A stretch of DNA of 61,495 bases, counting the filler, from Stramenopiles sp. TOSAG23-6 (Eukaryota), in NCBI GenBank assembly GCA_900128565.1. It is 11 parts of 11 records of this genome, joined end to end, with 100 filler letters (N's around TTAATTAATTAA, not from the genome) between each part and the next. Parts side by side here need not be neighbours in the genome. Positions count along the whole stretch, not along the records: positions 33,681 to 39,166 come from LT636896.1; positions 39,267 to 44,751 come from LT636897.1; positions 44,852 to 50,336 come from LT636898.1; 8 more parts are not named here. One strand, given 5' to 3'. A program made the translations under genes and the position numbers. Below the pieces are notes generated by a model that did no database searches, had not been told where the DNA came from, and was given only the letters and a program-made list of their open reading frames with translations. Below, in pieces: positions 34,908 to 48,842 of the stretch. Every line of letters begins with the position of its first letter. The first letter of the stretch is position 1.

Positions 34908-37900
34908 TTAATTACTACCGTGTGATACTTCGGTAGTTTCTTTCTTTGCCTTGTCAATTGCCATTTTTAGTCTGCTCTTTCCAAAGGCGTTCCCTATGAT
35001 TGCTGTTTTCTTTTCTTGCTTACTTAATTGTGATGAAAATGTTAATGTTTTTTGTTTCTTAGCGCGTGCTTTCAACGTTAGCATTATATCCATGTAACTT
35101 AATGTATTTGTGTATGTCTCGTCAATCTTGGTGAGAAAGTAGCCCGGCTTTACACGCCTACTTGCTTCTAGTTGCAAAGGTATATTCTTTAGTGGACCTT
35201 TAGTTGGTCTTACAAACTCAATTATACATGTCCCGATTTTATTAATACCTCGACCCAATTTCACTCCTAATGGACCGGGTTGAACAGTAATCTCTTCTGT
35301 AATAATAGGTAAAGGAATATAGGCTGTTGATGATGTATTTGATTGGATTCGTGATAAAAAATTGGCTGCTGATAGTTCAAACTCCTCGTTAATTGTTTCC
35401 TTCGTCCTAGATTTTTTTGCCCTAGTTGCATTTAAAGTTGATAACTCATGAGCTCTCACTGTTGTTCGTGTTGAAAATACCAAGTCTCTAGTTTTCGTTT
35501 TATAGCGATAATTCAGCATCATTAGAAGTCCAAACTTTAAACCTGAAACATCGATTCCATTTATACTTACTAACTTTGAACCGATTTTCACTCCAGCTTT
35601 TCGAATTGGTCCAGGGGTTCCCTTCTTGTATGATTTTATTTCGGCACCAAAACCGTTAATGGGGACTGTCATGATACAATTAGGCCACTCATTTGGGGAC
35701 AACCGAATTTTCCATTCCCATGCTTCAGGTGGTTTGCCACGATCAAACGCTTTTGACTTTTTCATTGGAGCTTTTTTCTCTTTTGATGTAAGTTTGGTAT
35801 AGTTTGCTGGAAATTCTCCAATGGCACCATGTAACTCACCTTGCCACCAATCTGTATCACTTTTATCAAACACTCGAATGCGATCACCTTTTTTGAAACA
35901 CAGTTCTCCTTCTTCTGTTGGATTATAATCAAAATTCGCAATTGCCCAATATTCTTTTGCATCAGTGTTGTTTTTTCTATTTTTAGCCTTTTTAGTCTTT
36001 TTATTCTTTTTATTCTGAAATGATAAAGGATTATCTTTTGGATCAGCGTTGCTTATTTTTGGTATTACCTTTTTGGCCCATTGGCCTTTCAGTGAAGCCT
36101 CAACTTTGAATGCTTCTGAAAAGGCACTCATGCCTGCGCGTTTGAGTGCTTTTTTGCCGGGTTTACTGGCAAATGAAAGCAACTTCGGCTTATTTGCATG
36201 ACGTTTTAATAGTGTCATTATCATTTCATAACGCCAATGAGATACGTCTCGATTATTGATAGCCCGGAGGTACATTCCTTTTTGAACACGAGTTTTTTCT
36301 AATTGACCAGGTTTCCCATTGGGACCCCTGACAAATCCACTTACATATGTTCCCATTTTTGTTGCTGTGCGGTGGAACATTGCAGATAGTGGCCCTTCTG
36401 GTATTTTAACCCAAATTCGAACTCCATCATATTTTGCTCGGTTGCTTGCTATTTTGCGGAGCAATGCTTTCTTTAGCATATTCTCTGCTTTTTGTCTTGT
36501 AGTTCCAAATGCACTTGCCACGGCCATTGCAATGCATTCATCTGATGGTCTGTTTGAAAATATCATTACCCTGTGTTTTGAATTTGCCTGTACGATTAGA
36601 TTTTGAACATCGCGTAACTTCATAGTACCTACTTCAGTGTTGTCAAGTTTGTGTAAATACATCCCCCGCTTAACCTCTGTTTGTTCAAGTGGTCCTCTTC
36701 GACCGTTCAAAAGACTGAAGCCCCCGATGCGAGCACCCAACCCTAGAAATCCCGCATCAAAACGGCAACCTACACCACCAGGAGGTAAAGTAACTCGAAT
36801 CTTTGTTGGTTTTCTAGCTCTCACTTTTTCCAGGGTTTCTTTTTGTGTATCTATCTCCATTGGTCTTTCCCACACTAATGATAATGATGATTGCTCGTCA
36901 TTTAATAAGTATGTTTTCGTTGCAGTTCCATCTACCATTTCTGGATTTCGTTCTCCAAGAGGCAATACTAAAGTAGTTTCGCCAATAACGTTAATCTGAT
37001 TTGGATTTGGATTTGCGTCCCACGTATTCATACCAAATTGTGACCTCTCCACCAGACGTATATCTACCTCAGGTTTCTTAAAATAATCTAAACTTAAGAT
37101 GATTCGAGAGTTCCATATTGGGGCAGGACTTTTTGGAACTTCATTAGTTTCCCCTTTAGGCTTGTATATTTCTTTTCTTCCCTCCAAGTTATTTTGTATA
37201 TATTGTACTTTCTGTGCCCAGGTGGTATCTCGTTCTCCTGCAATTGCTTGTACATATAAAGTTGAGTCAAAATCTTTCTTGAATGAACGAGGTACAGCGA
37301 CTTCATGGCCCTGAAAGACAGTTATTATGATATGCCCACTAATGCGTTCCGTTTCTTCCTTTTTCATAGTTTGCTCCTGTTCCCATTTCTCACGTGCTGC
37401 TAATGATACAGGATCTTTCATCATAGCATCACGTTTCCGTTGAATTCGACCTCGTAATCTTGCTTTTATTAAATTTATAGCTCGTTGCTCAGCAGATCCC
37501 CCTCCAAATATAGAGATGACTGCATGTTTCATTGTTTCTTGGGATGGTTTCGTACTCCACAACATCATTCTCCTGGGATTCCATCGCCCTTTTTGTAATA
37601 AAGCTATAGCAGCATCAAACGGTAGAACTCCAAAAGCTGTATCGCCGTCAATTTCGCGCAAATACATTCCTAGTTTTACACCCATTTTTTCAAGCATTCC
37701 AGGCTCCCCATCAGGTCCCAGAGAAAAGCTACCAATTCGTACACCAATTTTTCCAAATGCAGGCATTAATTTTGCACCAAGTGGCCCTGGTGCAATCTGA
37801 ATCTCAGTCTTCTTCTCTATCCGATTATCTTTTGTAGCATCCTCTGCTGTTCGCGTAGTCTCGACACTTCTTTCCCAGCGTACATACAATATTGATTCAT

Positions 37901-39166
37901 CACTGCTTCTTTTGTCATTGTTCACTTTTAAGGGAATTTCCATTAATCCATCAGATGCACGTTCATTCTCTGGTATGTTTAATTTAGCAGTCGCAACAAC
38001 TACAGGGGGCATTGGACTGCCATCGTCTTTGATTCCCATGTCATCCATTACTCGAATGGTCACTTCAGGAGTAACAATATTGTCTAATCGTAACCACGCA
38101 ACATTTTCTGGCCCCCACAAAGGATCTGATGTTTTGACTACTTTCTTTTTATGCCCACTATGTAATCTTCTGAAACGTTTTGCTTTGGATTTTGACTTAG
38201 AATTGAGTAAAGCGAGTGCCTTTTGTTTCATTGACCAATTATGGCCTTCCTCGCCAACGAGTAGTACAACATAGCTTTCGCGTTTCTCGCCAAATCTTTT
38301 ACCTTTAGGCATATAAGTACCCCCCATAACAACCACTTTTAGATCTCCACCTAACTTGACATCTCCATTTTTGATACCTCGTTTCCATTCAGGTAACTTC
38401 ATGTCGGCAAGCTTCTCTCGTTGTTTTTCCATCTCACGTTCAAGTCGAGCTGCTTCAAGCTGACCCTCTTTTCGCCTCTTTACATATTTCTTAATTATTT
38501 GTTGTATTTTCTGAGCTGCTCTTTCTGGGGATAGTGAAAATGCTCGGATTGTTGTAAATTTTAGACATTCTTCAGTTGGGCGAGATGCAAATTTTAATCG
38601 TTTAGGCAATTTTGAGAGAGCTTTGAAACGTTCAAGAACTTCATCTCTTGATAACATTCCAATTTGTTTATCACCATTTAATTCCTCCAAATACCAACCG
38701 AATTTAACACCTGCGCGTTCCACTTGACCTTCTTTGCCCTCTACAAGCATAAAAGCCCCGACACGACAACCTAAGCCCCCATATCCTGGAAATAATTGAC
38801 AACCTAGNNNNNNNNNNNNNNNNNNNNNNNNNNNCCAGCACCAATTTCTATAGTCTTAGATTCATATGGATCTGTAATCTTTGGCTTAATTTCATTATCT
38901 ATTTTTTTAGCAGAGGTGATTTCCCACATCATGGAAATAGATCCTCGCTTTTTGTCTTGATACTTTCCTACACCTCTAAGCTTGACTTGTATGATACCCC
39001 CAGAATGTCTTTCAGGACCTAATCGGACGTGACACTCTCCCACAACTTTTTCTTTTCCTCGATTATCAATATCAATAACTCTTAGTGTAACATTTGGGTC
39101 TTCTAGACCTTCAAATGGACGAAACCAGAAAGCAGAATTCCATTCTGGATATCCACCAACATTTTC
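34908..39166 (-). CDS. Large multi-PDZ / C2 / SH3 scaffold protein, 5'-partial
   Basis: PDZ-like GPLGAKL, GPLGVKL repeats; C2-like blocks; SH3 AIANFDYNPTEEGELCFKKGDRI..WWQGE..GEFPANY. Confidence 0.8.
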
Positions 39167-39409
39167 NNNNNNNNNNNNNNNNNNNNNNNNNNNNNNNNNN
39201 NNNNNNNNNNTTAATTAATTAANNNNNNNNNNNNNNNNNNNNNNNNNNNNNNNNNNNNNNNNNNNNCACGAAAAAAAAAAAAAAAAATCTGAATTTTTTT
39301 TTTTTTTTTTTTTTTTTTCCTACACATTTTCATCCTTTTGAATGTTTGTAATACATCTGAAATTCTAAAAAAAATCCTAAAAAAACCTTACAAATTTGAA
39401 ATTTGAAAT

Positions 39410-39792
39410 ATATTTACAAAAGTGCATGTGATTTAGGTCATTGTTATAAATTAGGCACAGGTGTTGAAAAAGATTTAAAAGTTGCAGTTGATTTTTATAC
39501 AAAAGCAGCTGAAATGGACCATACAACAGCACAAAATAATATTGGTCATTGTTATGAATTGGGTAGATTTTATTTTTTTTTTTAAATTTTTTTTTTTTTG
39601 GTTTCATACGAAATTTCGTACCTAACAAAAAATATAAATTTTTTTTTAAAATAATAATTTTCACTACACAGGAAGTGGATGCGAAAAAAGTATAAAAAAA
39701 GCAGTGTTTTGGTACACGAAATCAGCAACGTTGGGTGATGAGGATGCACGAGAAGCATTAAGCAGGTTAGTACCACGGCAGAAGATTCTTGA
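39410..39792 (+). CDS. Sel1-like repeat protein, 3' part
   Basis: LGHCYKLGTGVEKDLKVAVDFYTKAAE..AQNNIGHCYELG|SGCEKSIKKAVFWYTKSA. Confidence 0.85.
39563..39671 (+). mobile_element. Introner-like intron, GT-AG
   Basis: G|GTAGAT..TACGAAATTTCGTACCTAAC..TACACAG|GA. Confidence 0.85.
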
Positions 39793-39987
39793 TGCATTGA
39801 ATGTATCATAAAAAATAAACAATTTTCAAAGTGTGATTTTATGAGTTTTTGTTATACCAAACCAATATTCAAATGACACGTGTCATTTTTGAGTCAGTTC
39901 GTTTCCAAGGGAAAAACGAACAAACACACAAAAAAGTTGTGCCATTCAGATTTTTCATACGAATTCCTATATTTTGTCTGTACCAAA

Positions 39988-40698
39988 ATGCTTTTATCTG
40001 GTATCAGAAGAATGACACTTCGCACATTAAGTGTGAATACACCAAAACATGTACAAAGAGGATTCTCTACATCAACTGATTTGATACAAATTCTTTCAGA
40101 GGAACAAGCACAAGAAGAAGAAATTCTCGAAGCAGCTCCAGAAAATCTCAAAACTCTCGGTGAAAGTTTACCCTTCTCTTTGAAAGATAATAAAACCAGT
40201 CGAATATTTACTCTTGATCGTACATTTCAAGATAATGAAACAATTACAATTAAAGTGGATATTGCAGATATTGTTCAAGAACGTTGGTCTGAAAACATGA
40301 TCAATTCGTTTAACGAAAAAATGAGTGAAGATGAGTCTTTTGAAGTTGACACTGAAAATGTTGAAGAAGGGACAACACTAAACTCTGTGAATTTTACAGT
40401 AACATGTTCTAAAGATAATGGTTCTGATATATGTTTTAAATGTTTAACAGATAATACTGGTGTTGAAATTGATGGAATTTCTGTTCTTTCAGACAGTGAG
40501 AAAACTACAATGGAGCTATATGAAGGTCCGATTTTTGAAGATTTAGATGAAAAACTTCAGAAATATTTTCATGCTTACTTGAAAGAACGTGGAATTAATC
40601 GTGATGTATCTGTATTTTTAGCCTTATATGCTGATATAAAAGAACAAACGCATTACGTTGACTGGATGAAATCTGTCAAAACGTTCCTATCTAAATAA
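39988..40698 (+). CDS. MAM33: Mitochondrial acidic matrix protein MAM33/C1QBP family
   Basis: Basic transit-like N-terminus; YEGPIFEDLDEKLQ..YLKERGIN..KEQTHYVDWM. Confidence 0.88.
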   Translation: MLLSGIRRMTLRTLSVNTPKHVQRGFSTSTDLIQILSEEQAQEEEILEAAPENLKTLGESLPFSLKDNKTSRIFTLDRTFQDNETITIKVDIADIVQERWSENMINSFNEKMSEDESFEVDTENVEEGTTLNSVNFTVTCSKDNGSDICFKCLTDNTGVEIDGISVLSDSEKTTMELYEGPIFEDLDEKLQKYFHAYLKERGINRDVSVFLALYADIKEQTHYVDWMKSVKTFLSK

Positions 40699-41088
40699 TA
40701 CAATATTTATGGCCCTAACCCTAGCTAAGTATTTTATAATGATTTTTACACTTATTTTAAAAAATAAGTGTTTCAACAAAAGTTTCAATTGATTTTTTTT
40801 TATTTTTAATCAATACTATCTATCTATATATATAATAATAAAAGAAATTTGTGTTATATAAACAACGATTTTTCTTCTAGGAGTTTTTTTAATTTTTAAA
40901 TTTTTGTTTGTTTTCAGATTTGGACAAACCATTTCAGATCATTTTTATATTTGTTTTCATTTTTTATATTTGTTTTCATATTTGTTTTTACATCGGTTAC
41001 TTTTTTGTATGAATGAAACAACACTTCAGACACTTAAAAAAAACCTTAAAAAACCCTAAAAACCCTAAAAAAGAAGAATATATAAAAC

Positions 41089-41490
41089 TTAACATATAAT
41101 ACAACAAGATTTCTTTGGTGCAGAATTTTGTTGTGTAGGAGGATTTGATTCAATTGAGTCATTTTTTTCTTCCCTTTCAACAACAGCAGAATTTGTTGCA
41201 CCACGGCTCGCATCACTTTTTGTACCGTTTGTATTCGATTTATTTGCAGCGTCCAATTTCATTTGAGCATTTTTGTTTTGTTTATCTATGTAGGTCTTGT
41301 CTGCTTTTGCCTTTACTTTCTCAAACGCTAAAGCCGCAGAACTCGTCTTTTTTGGGGTTGGTTTTAATGTCATTTTTGACGTTTTCGTAGTTGAACGAAC
41401 GGGTGAAGACTGTAACGCTCCAGTATTAACTAAGGTAGATTTTTTCTTTATAATTGAGCTGTGATGTGTTGACTTTGGTGATGGACTCAT
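41089..41490 (-). CDS. Small basic protein with C-terminal CaaX (prenylation) motif
   Basis: Ends KKSCCIIC*. Confidence 0.6.
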   Translation of the reverse strand: MSPSPKSTHHSSIIKKKSTLVNTGALQSSPVRSTTKTSKMTLKPTPKKTSSAALAFEKVKAKADKTYIDKQNKNAQMKLDAANKSNTNGTKSDASRGATNSAVVEREEKNDSIESNPPTQQNSAPKKSCCIIC

Positions 41491-41774
41491 GATGATTGAT
41501 TGTGTTTGAATGAATCAAGTAAAATTTTCGAATTGAAATAGAAAGTATATTGTATTTGTTTGTTGTAAGAAGAAGAAAAAGGCAACAAAAATTGCACAAA
41601 AATTCGAAAAATTCAAAATTTTTTTCTCGATTTTTTGGAACAAACCTGCTATTTTACAAAAATGAGTCAGTTTTCTCTGGGCCAACACACGAGCTCTCTT
41701 GTTGTTTTGCGCCTTCCCCTTGCTTGCTGTCTTGTCTTGTCGCGGATCCCATTTACTTTATCCATTTATACAAG

Positions 41775-42842
41775 ATGAAGTTGAACATAGCTAACCCAGC
41801 CATTGGGTCCCAGAAGCTTCTTGAGATTGATGAAGAGAAGAAATTGAGAGTTTTCTGTACGTATAATTTCATAAATAGTGTTGTTTGTGTTTCTTCGTTC
41901 CCGTTTTCAACTCATGGATGGTAGTCAACACCTATCAAATGTCGGGGGTACTTTTGTGATAAGTGTTGACATATGTATGAACTATTTTGGATAGTTCGCC
42001 GTTACATTGATATACTCTATCGCGATGATTGTATGGTCTATAATCATCTATACTTCTAATGCCTACCATTTGATGTTTAATTTTTCTCTCCATTTTCTCC
42101 TTTTCCCTTCATTGGTAAAAGAATTTTTTATCTCGTGTTTGTTTCTCCATCGCATAGTACTTATTATACAATCTCCTTTACTATCTTACTCATCACAGAT
42201 GACACACGCATGGGACAAGAAGTCGCAGGTGAAGATGTCTCTGAAGAATTCGCTGGATACATCTTCAAAGTCACAGGAGGTAACGATAAACAAGGTTTTC
42301 CAATGATGCAAGGAGTTCTTACCCAAAACAGAACTCGTCTTCTTCTTCACAAAGGTCAATCATGCTACCGCCAACGCCGTAAAGGTGAACGCAAACGTAA
42401 ATCTGTACGTGGTTGTATTGTAGCATCTGATATTGCTGTCTTGAATCTTGTTGTAGTCAAGCAAGGTGACCAAGAAATTCCAGGTTTGACTGATGAAGCA
42501 TCTGCACAGCCAATGAGACTTGGTCCTAAACGTGCGTCTAAAATCCGTAAATTATTTAATTTATCAAAGAAAGATGATGTACGCAAATACGTTATTCACC
42601 GTAAAATTACTAAAGGTGAAAAGACTGTCACAAAAGCACCAAAAATCCAAAGATTGGTTACTCCATTGACACTTCAACGTAAAAGACGCCGCTTAGCTCA
42701 TAAAAAAGCAGCTCGTTCAGTTGCTTTGAAAGAAGCTGCTGCTTATGCTCGTTTGATTGCTCAACGTAAGAAGGAACACCGTGCTTCAGTAGCTGCTCGT
42801 CGTAGTTCTCGAAGACGTTCTCGTATGTCTAAAGTTGCTTAA
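41775..42842 (+). CDS. RPS6: 40S ribosomal protein eS6; canonical GT-AG intron 41857-42198
   Basis: [56 protein letters not shown]. Confidence 0.98.
41913..42075 (+). ncRNA. Candidate intronic structured RNA (unassigned)
   Basis: Closing stem ATGGTAG/CTACCAT encloses hairpins GTCAACAC.TATCA/TGATA.GTGTTGAC, GAACTAT/ATAGTTC and GATGATTGTA/TATAATCATC. Confidence 0.5.
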
Positions 42843-43934
42843 GTTTGTACCATATTTTCATACCTAAAGGAAAAAAACGATATTTTTGTCGTTTTTTTTT
42901 TTGGTGGTTGTTTGATATGATTCAAAAGAATTTCAACAATTTTATTCTTTTTGTCTGATAGTTCATTTATAATGATACAAAGAAAGTCAAAAAGTTCATT
43001 GTAAAATTTTTATTTTCTTAAATAAATGGGAAAGAAAATAATTTAACATGAATTTCAAATTTAGTTTTTTTCCAGAATTTTTTTTTCCTACTTATTAAAT
43101 ACAATCAACATTGTTTGAGCATGAAATTATTGAAATATGAATTAGATTATATTAATATACTTCTTTCTCATATATATGTATCATTATACGTTTGTTGTTT
43201 CATCATATGTTTTACTTGAATCAAAATCAGGTACAGAACTTCTTGAAAAGACTCAGTCTACGTACCTAAAACGAATTACTTGCAAGAATATTGAGAGAGG
43301 GTGATATACTATTTATTTGAGTTTATTCAAGTGACGCTTCCTACGTTCAAAACGCATACCCTCGTCTTTTTCATTACAGCAACAACATCGATTGCGAACA
43401 AAACGATCAAGAATATAAAAAACAGAGAGAACAACTAGAAAAGGGATGACAGGAGATAGTTGCATTTTAACAATTTGGCAATGACCCCAAATTTGTTTGT
43501 TTGAAACTCTATTCCTATATCTAACTTTCTTTATGAAACAATAATATGCAACAAATGTATCAGCGCTCTCTACAACAAAGTTCTATTCGCGAATGTATAA
43601 AAATTCAATCATCATTTTGCTATACAGAGCAAAAATACATGACTATCCAGTTACCCATATTTAATATTACTTGACTACGACTTACTTGTTGTTGTTGAAG
43701 ACTGATCTGATGTGATGTCTCGGAATCGAATATTCTCTCGGAATCATGTTGACAACTTTTTAATTCTACTACTACCTAGTAGCTAGGGTTAGGGTTAGAA
43801 ACGTAACGTCGGAGAGGACAATTTTTTTTGGTTCGTTACAATACCCAAAACCCATTCGGAAACCCTTTCCATTATTTGCATACAAGCAAAAGGCTTTTGA
43901 AAGGTGAACTACAAAGGAATTCAAAACACTTGTC

Positions 43935-44751
43935 ATGCATAAATATAGGCTTATATCAAAAAAGGGTGAAGGTACTTTTTCTGAGGTTCTCAAGGCCCAG
44001 TCAATAAAAAATGGACAATTTACAGCAATAAAGTGTATGAAGAATCATTTTGATTCTATTGAACAAGTAAATAACCTCCGTGAGATTCAAGCACTGCAAC
44101 GACTTTCCCCAAATCCTCATGTCGTAAAATTGTACGAAGTTCTTTATGACCAACCAACCGGACGTTTAGCCTTAGTTTTTGAGTTAATGACAATGAATAT
44201 GTATGAGTTGATTCGTGGTAGGCGTCACTATCTCCCTGAGAATGCAGTGAAACTTTTTATGTATCAGTTGATAAAAGCAATGGATCATATGCACCGAAAT
44301 GGAATTTTCCATCGAGATATAAAACCAGAAAATATACTGATACGCGAAGAGCTTTTGAAAGTAGCCGATTTTGGATCTTGTCGTGGAATTTATTCGAAGC
44401 AACCCTATACGGAATATATATCTACACGATGGTACCGTGCACCAGAGTGTCTCCTCACTGATGGTTATTATGGTTATAAAATGGATATGTGGGGTGTTGG
44501 GTGTGTAATGTTTGAAGTAATTGCTCTGTTTCCCTTGTTCCCTGGAACAAACGAACTTGATCAAATAGCCAAAATTCATAAAGTATTGGGAACACCATCA
44601 CATGATACACTGGCAAAATTTAAAGATCACGCAGCTTCACACATAGACTTTAATTTTCCACATTATGAACCTACTGGTATTGCAAAAATGATTCCCCATT
44701 CTTCACCCGAGTGTATCGATCTCATTACTAAACTGATTGATTATGACCCAG
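43935..44751 (+). CDS. MOK: MOK/RAGE (MAK-related) Ser/Thr kinase, 3'-partial
   Basis: GEGTFSEV, EQVNNLREIQALQRL, HRDIKPEN, DFGSCRGIYSKQPYTEYISTRWYRAPE. Confidence 0.92.
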
Positions 44752-47324
44752 NNNNNNNNNNNNNNNNNNNNNNNNNNNNNNNNNNNNNNNNNNNNTTAAT
44801 TAATTAANNNNNNNNNNNNNNNNNNNNNNNNNNNNNNNNNNNNNNNNNNNNATCAAATCAATTTGAAACTCGTTGTCGTCAGACAGATAAATGCGAAGCG
44901 TATGTACGTTTTATTTTTTTTCAAATTCGATTTTTTTTTTCATACGAAATTTTGTACCTAACAAATTTTACTTTTTTTTTTTGAAATATTTTTTCAAAAT
45001 ACATCCTTGTCATCCAGTAATTGTCATTAACTATAATCAAATTCAATTAAAACTTGAAAATCTTTCAAAACGACCGATGACAACAGACATTATAGTAAAA
45101 AACATAAATTTGAGTGTTAATGTTGATCATTTAATAGACGTTATCCGAGATATTATGTTGGAAAGGAATTTTCGTAAAAAAGCGATTTTTATAAATGGAT
45201 TTGATAATGATGGCACATCGATTGGTTGTTCTACTGCGCAAAATGTTTCACTGGCAAACAAAAAAAACAAAAAAAACAAAAAAAGACGATTTTCAAATTT
45301 CATTTTGAAAGAAAGAAAAAGACGAATTTCAAATAAATCTTTGAATACATCTTCGAATACATGTAAAACAAGCTCTTTTATAGCAAAAGAAAAGTTATCA
45401 TCTCGAATGAAAGGTTCTATTCGAAACCTNGAGTTGCGTGAAATTGCTATTCGAAGTGTTTTTGGNGGTTTTGTGACNCATGTCATAGAATTTATGAAAC
45501 AAAGTATTGTACGTACTTTAAAATTTCAACTTTCTTGTTTGTCTAATTCAAGAATTTGTAAACCTTCTGAAATTATATTAAATAACGTCTGGTTTGAAAT
45601 GCCACAGGATCTATCCATTCCATGTGTGTTTTATTTTTTTCAATTTCGGATTTATGTTTTTTTTCATACGAAATTTTGTACCTAACGATTTTTTTCATGA
45701 TTTCGTGTTTTTTTTTCACATTCCATGGTACGAAAGTTTGTTTTTTTTAAGACATGATGAAACTCTTTTTCATTTTAAACCTACAATTGANTCTCAAGGT
45801 GGTGGTGGTGAANCAGAAATGATGATTGAGATAGGTCATCGACGTGATGGTGTCTGGAGTTCGGGTTGGGAGGGATATCTACCTAACGATTTGGATAGAA
45901 AACTTTTGCCATTTAAACTATTTTTTACAAAACTTTTGATTGAGATTCCTTCAAATNATGTACAAGGGAATCTAGAAGTGCTAAATGATACAAAACCAAA
46001 TAGAAATTCGTCGAATAATGTATGTTTTATTTTTTTTTTTTACAAAAAATCGAATTTATTTTTTTGGTTTTTATAAAAATTTTGTACCTAACAAATTTTA
46101 GTTTTTTTTTTTTTAATATTTTTCCAAAATGCATGTATTGAATAATGACACAAGCAATCATTTGAATTCTACAAAATTTAATTGTTTGGACAGTACAAAC
46201 GTCAATGACGTCAACCTACCTAGCCCTAACCCTAACATCAATGACGTCAATGACACACATTTTAGTTTGTCACTGGCTCCAAATTCTTCCAATACAATGA
46301 ATGATGGAATACTTGGTAAAATATTTCGCTTGGCTGGATTGGAAATGTTTGTTTTATTTTTTTTCAAATTCGATTTCTTTTTTTATAAAAATTTTGTACC
46401 TAACAAATTTAAGTTTTTTTTTTAAAGATTTTTCCAAAATACATGGATGGTATAGGATATAATCTTAGATTAATCGGGTCGACACAGTTACCGATTAAAT
46501 TTTGTATTGATAGGTTTCGCATTGAAATTNTTACTGATTTATTATGGCTTNTGTTACAAAAANANCAATTGAAGGATATCAATCGGATGAAAGACATTGC
46601 ATTTCAAGCGGCTCTAGATACAAATGAAAAAGATCCCATTGCTACTGCTGATAGTTCTATATCGCTACCATGTTTGTTTTATTTTTTTTCAATTTTTTTT
46701 TTGTAATTTTTTTTTCATACGAAATTTTGTACCTAACAAATTTTAGTTTTTTTTTTCAAATATTTTTCCGAAATACATTATTAAGTATGAATTGGTTCTT
46801 AGGTCTAAAAGAATTATGTACGTTTTCATTTCAATGTAGAATGTTTTTTTAGTACGAAAGTTTNTACNTAACGTTTTTTTTTTTGAAATATTTTTTCATA
46901 NTCCATGGAAGACANTGGAACCCATCATTGAAGTACAAGCATATATATCTTTGACAAATGAAAAAGATGGGCTACGCTTTTGCATGGGTCGCAAATCTCA
47001 AAAAACATCAAAGGATANTACCTCCCAAAATCAATGTGAAAATCAATGTAAAAATACATTTAATCATTTATGCAAAGAAAAGACAATCAACAATGATGTA
47101 AAATCTAAAGTTNANCCACTGATTCAAATTCAATTTAAATTTTTCATTCAAGAAGTCATCGACATTTTNTGTGAACTTGATAAAATTACATCTTCAATGA
47201 CTGTAGAAAAAGGACGTGAAGCTGAGCGGGTAGCTATTTTGAAGCAGAAGAAAAATAAATAAATAAATAAATGATGAAAAATTATTTTTTTTTTTTAATT
47301 CATTTTTTTTGTTGAGAAATACTT

Positions 47325-48842
47325 TCAACTCGTATAAGCAAATTGAAATTCTGCAACTAATGCACAATGATCGCTTGTTTTATAGGATGGAAATTTTATT
47401 TCTCGTTTACAGCCAATGCAAATAGGATACTTGATTCTTCGATGACGTTGATTTCGAGGAATATTTCGTCTTTTTGTACCAAATTCTGTAGGTAACGAAC
47501 GACCGAAACGATAAAGTATATGGTCTAATTGACTTTCCAGTTTTTCTTTCTTTTTTCCCCCATTCGAAATAATTCTATGCCAAGTAGGTGCAGCATCAGA
47601 ATGTACATTTGCTAATGTTGGTGTTGGTGAAGACACGTCGAAATGTCGTAAAGTTTATATTGTGAAAAAATATTTTTTTTTTTGGTGTACAAAAATTCGT
47701 TAGGTACAAAATTTTCATACAAAAAATAAAATTCATGAGGAAAACGTACTTGAACTATAAATGTTCTTTGTGAGTTTGGACAAACACTTTGAAACCGTAA
47801 CGCTGGATTTTCACAATTTAAATTTGGTTTTATTTTTCTGATAGGGTTGATCAAAGGATCAGTTTCTGAGCTGTTTAAGTCTCCTAGGATTACTATATCC
47901 TCATATAATCTTGATTTCCGTTGTACTGTATTTTGGNAAAATANTTCNAAAAAAAANCCCTNAAANTTCNTTAGGTACAAAATTTCCTATAAAACAAATC
48001 GAATTTGAAAAAAAATAAAACATACATGCAGCTCTAACAATTCGGGCTTGAGCCATCCGCTTATAATGAGAAAAATCATTTCCTCGCAAAGACTTTAAGT
48101 GTAGAGCTACAATATTGAGTGGTCTACCTCCAGTAGCCTTTGGGAAACAACGGGCAATATACCCTCGCCTCAATTTTAGCTGGAATGTTTTTAATTTTCT
48201 ATTTCCATGAGATGAAAATTCAATTTTTTTATTTCGTGTTTTGTTTCGTGTTGCGAAGGACTTCTTATGATGTCTTTTACATGTAGTTGTTTTAATTCGT
48301 CCCGCAGAAGCTTTCGCAGCAGATGCCACGGCTGCCCAACTTTTATTATTTTTTTGAATTGGATAAGGTTTTGANGGATCAACCATTGTTACCGTCAAAT
48401 CTTCATCTACAGTATCAAATCTAGTGTACGAAACTAATGGTTTAGAATGATGCTTCAAAAGAGCACTTTTTCTGTAGTATAGAGCAAGGTTGACACCACC
48501 ATTTCCTTTATTACGTCTCTGTGAGTCGTGCCATACAAAACCAAATTTATCTGAATGATGCCGATTCAACTCTTTAAAAACAAGTTCCGCAGCACGTCTA
48601 TCACAAACTTCAACGAGAGAGATTATATCAGCACACAATCGAACTAAATGTTTGGCAACTAAATGAATTCGTGCAAGACCGCCATCGACTCTGCTATCCA
48701 ACATTTCTACGTTCCAAGTAACTACTCGAAGACATTGCTTATTTTTTTCTAGAATCTCATTTTTATCCAAAGATTTTTTGTTATATGCTGCTCGATGTTT
48801 TTCTCGCCTGCGTTCAGCTCGAGCAACTTTTTTAGACGGCAT
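47325..48842 (-). CDS. EEP family protein (duplicate copy)
   Basis: Same as 8101-9618. Confidence 0.8.
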
